Shown piece by piece: positions 63,612 to 64,000 of a stretch of 64,000 nt of DNA. A program made the position numbers and the translations under genes. Position 1 is the first letter of the stretch; every line of letters begins with the position of its first letter. The stretch comes from Lama guanicoe (taxonomy: Eukaryota). Location of the stretch: assembly GCA_013239625.1 (NCBI GenBank), contig MU053561.1, positions 64,826 to 128,825 on the forward strand. Reading direction: 5' to 3'. The notes beneath the pieces are model-generated. The model was given only the letters and a program-made list of their open reading frames with translations. It was not told the DNA's origin and did no database searches.

Positions 63612-64000
63612 TGTCTGGGATAGATTAAAGATGGCCACAAATTATTTCCTTCTTCTCCCATTGAAATTCACCTCCCCTTGAATCTGGCTTGACCTTAGAC
63701 TTACTTGACTATAGAACACAATATAAGAGACGTTCTGAGACTGCCAGGGCTAATTCAAATGGGAGCCTTGCAGCTTCATGCAAGACTCTTGCGGGCACTT
63801 GTTTTTGAAGCCCTGAACTGCCAGATAAGAAATTCCCATGCTAGAGAAACCATGTGGAGAAGCCCTGAGACTACATGGAGAGAGGGAGGGGCCTAGCTGA
63901 GCCCACCATCTAGCAGTGCCCATCAAGGTGTCAGGCATATGAGTGAAGCAGCTTGAGACCTTCCAGATCAGTTCAGCCATCAGCTGGACATCATCAAGCA
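63612..64000 (+). mobile_element. Old MaLR LTR (MLT1-type), runs past the window end
   Basis: aaagatggccacaaatt...ccccttgaatctggc...ccatgtggagaagccctgagactacatggagagag. Confidence 0.65.

Noticed and set aside
1..64000. A novel multi-gene system, CRISPR array or prokaryotic operon
   Set aside because: The window is mammalian intron-dominated DNA from one known gene. It has no repeat-spacer array and no unexplained long ORF.

Overview
Mammalian genomic DNA covering the 5' region of PDE4DIP (myomegalin) on the minus strand. About ten tRNA-Ala-derived SINEs resembling the camelid vic-1 family suggest a camel, alpaca or llama; this is inference. Four coding exons splice in frame with canonical GT-AG sites: 59097-59116 (MEQTWT/R), 42966-43021 (DYFAEDDGEMVPRTSHAS), 38774-38919 (AFLSDTK...LRDFEK) and 21227-21337 (HLNDLKKENFSLKLRIYFLEERMQQ..., the CM1/gamma-TuNA motif). 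The last exon also serves as an alternative first exon with its own ATG at 21367 (MSNGYRTLSQ...). Each start lies in a CpG-rich promoter. The rest is intron filled with L1, L2, MIR, MaLR/ERV LTRs, hAT MITEs and microsatellites; the next exon lies beyond position 1. I found no evidence of a new multi-gene system. The most notable observations are: a near-perfect 174-bp tandem duplication upstream of the long-isoform ATG that doubles a TGACGTGG element; 30 nt that act both as a branch point/acceptor and as N-terminal codons, swapping the first gamma-TuNA heptad; a tandem donor that adds a stop codon; a uORF-rich leader; a 23-nt tailless U6 retrocopy with a perfect 15-bp TSD; a three-level nested insertion containing a sense-oriented solo LTR; and an inverted, poly(A)-less L1 capture. 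Repeat family names are from recognition, not a database search, and old-repeat boundaries are approximate.
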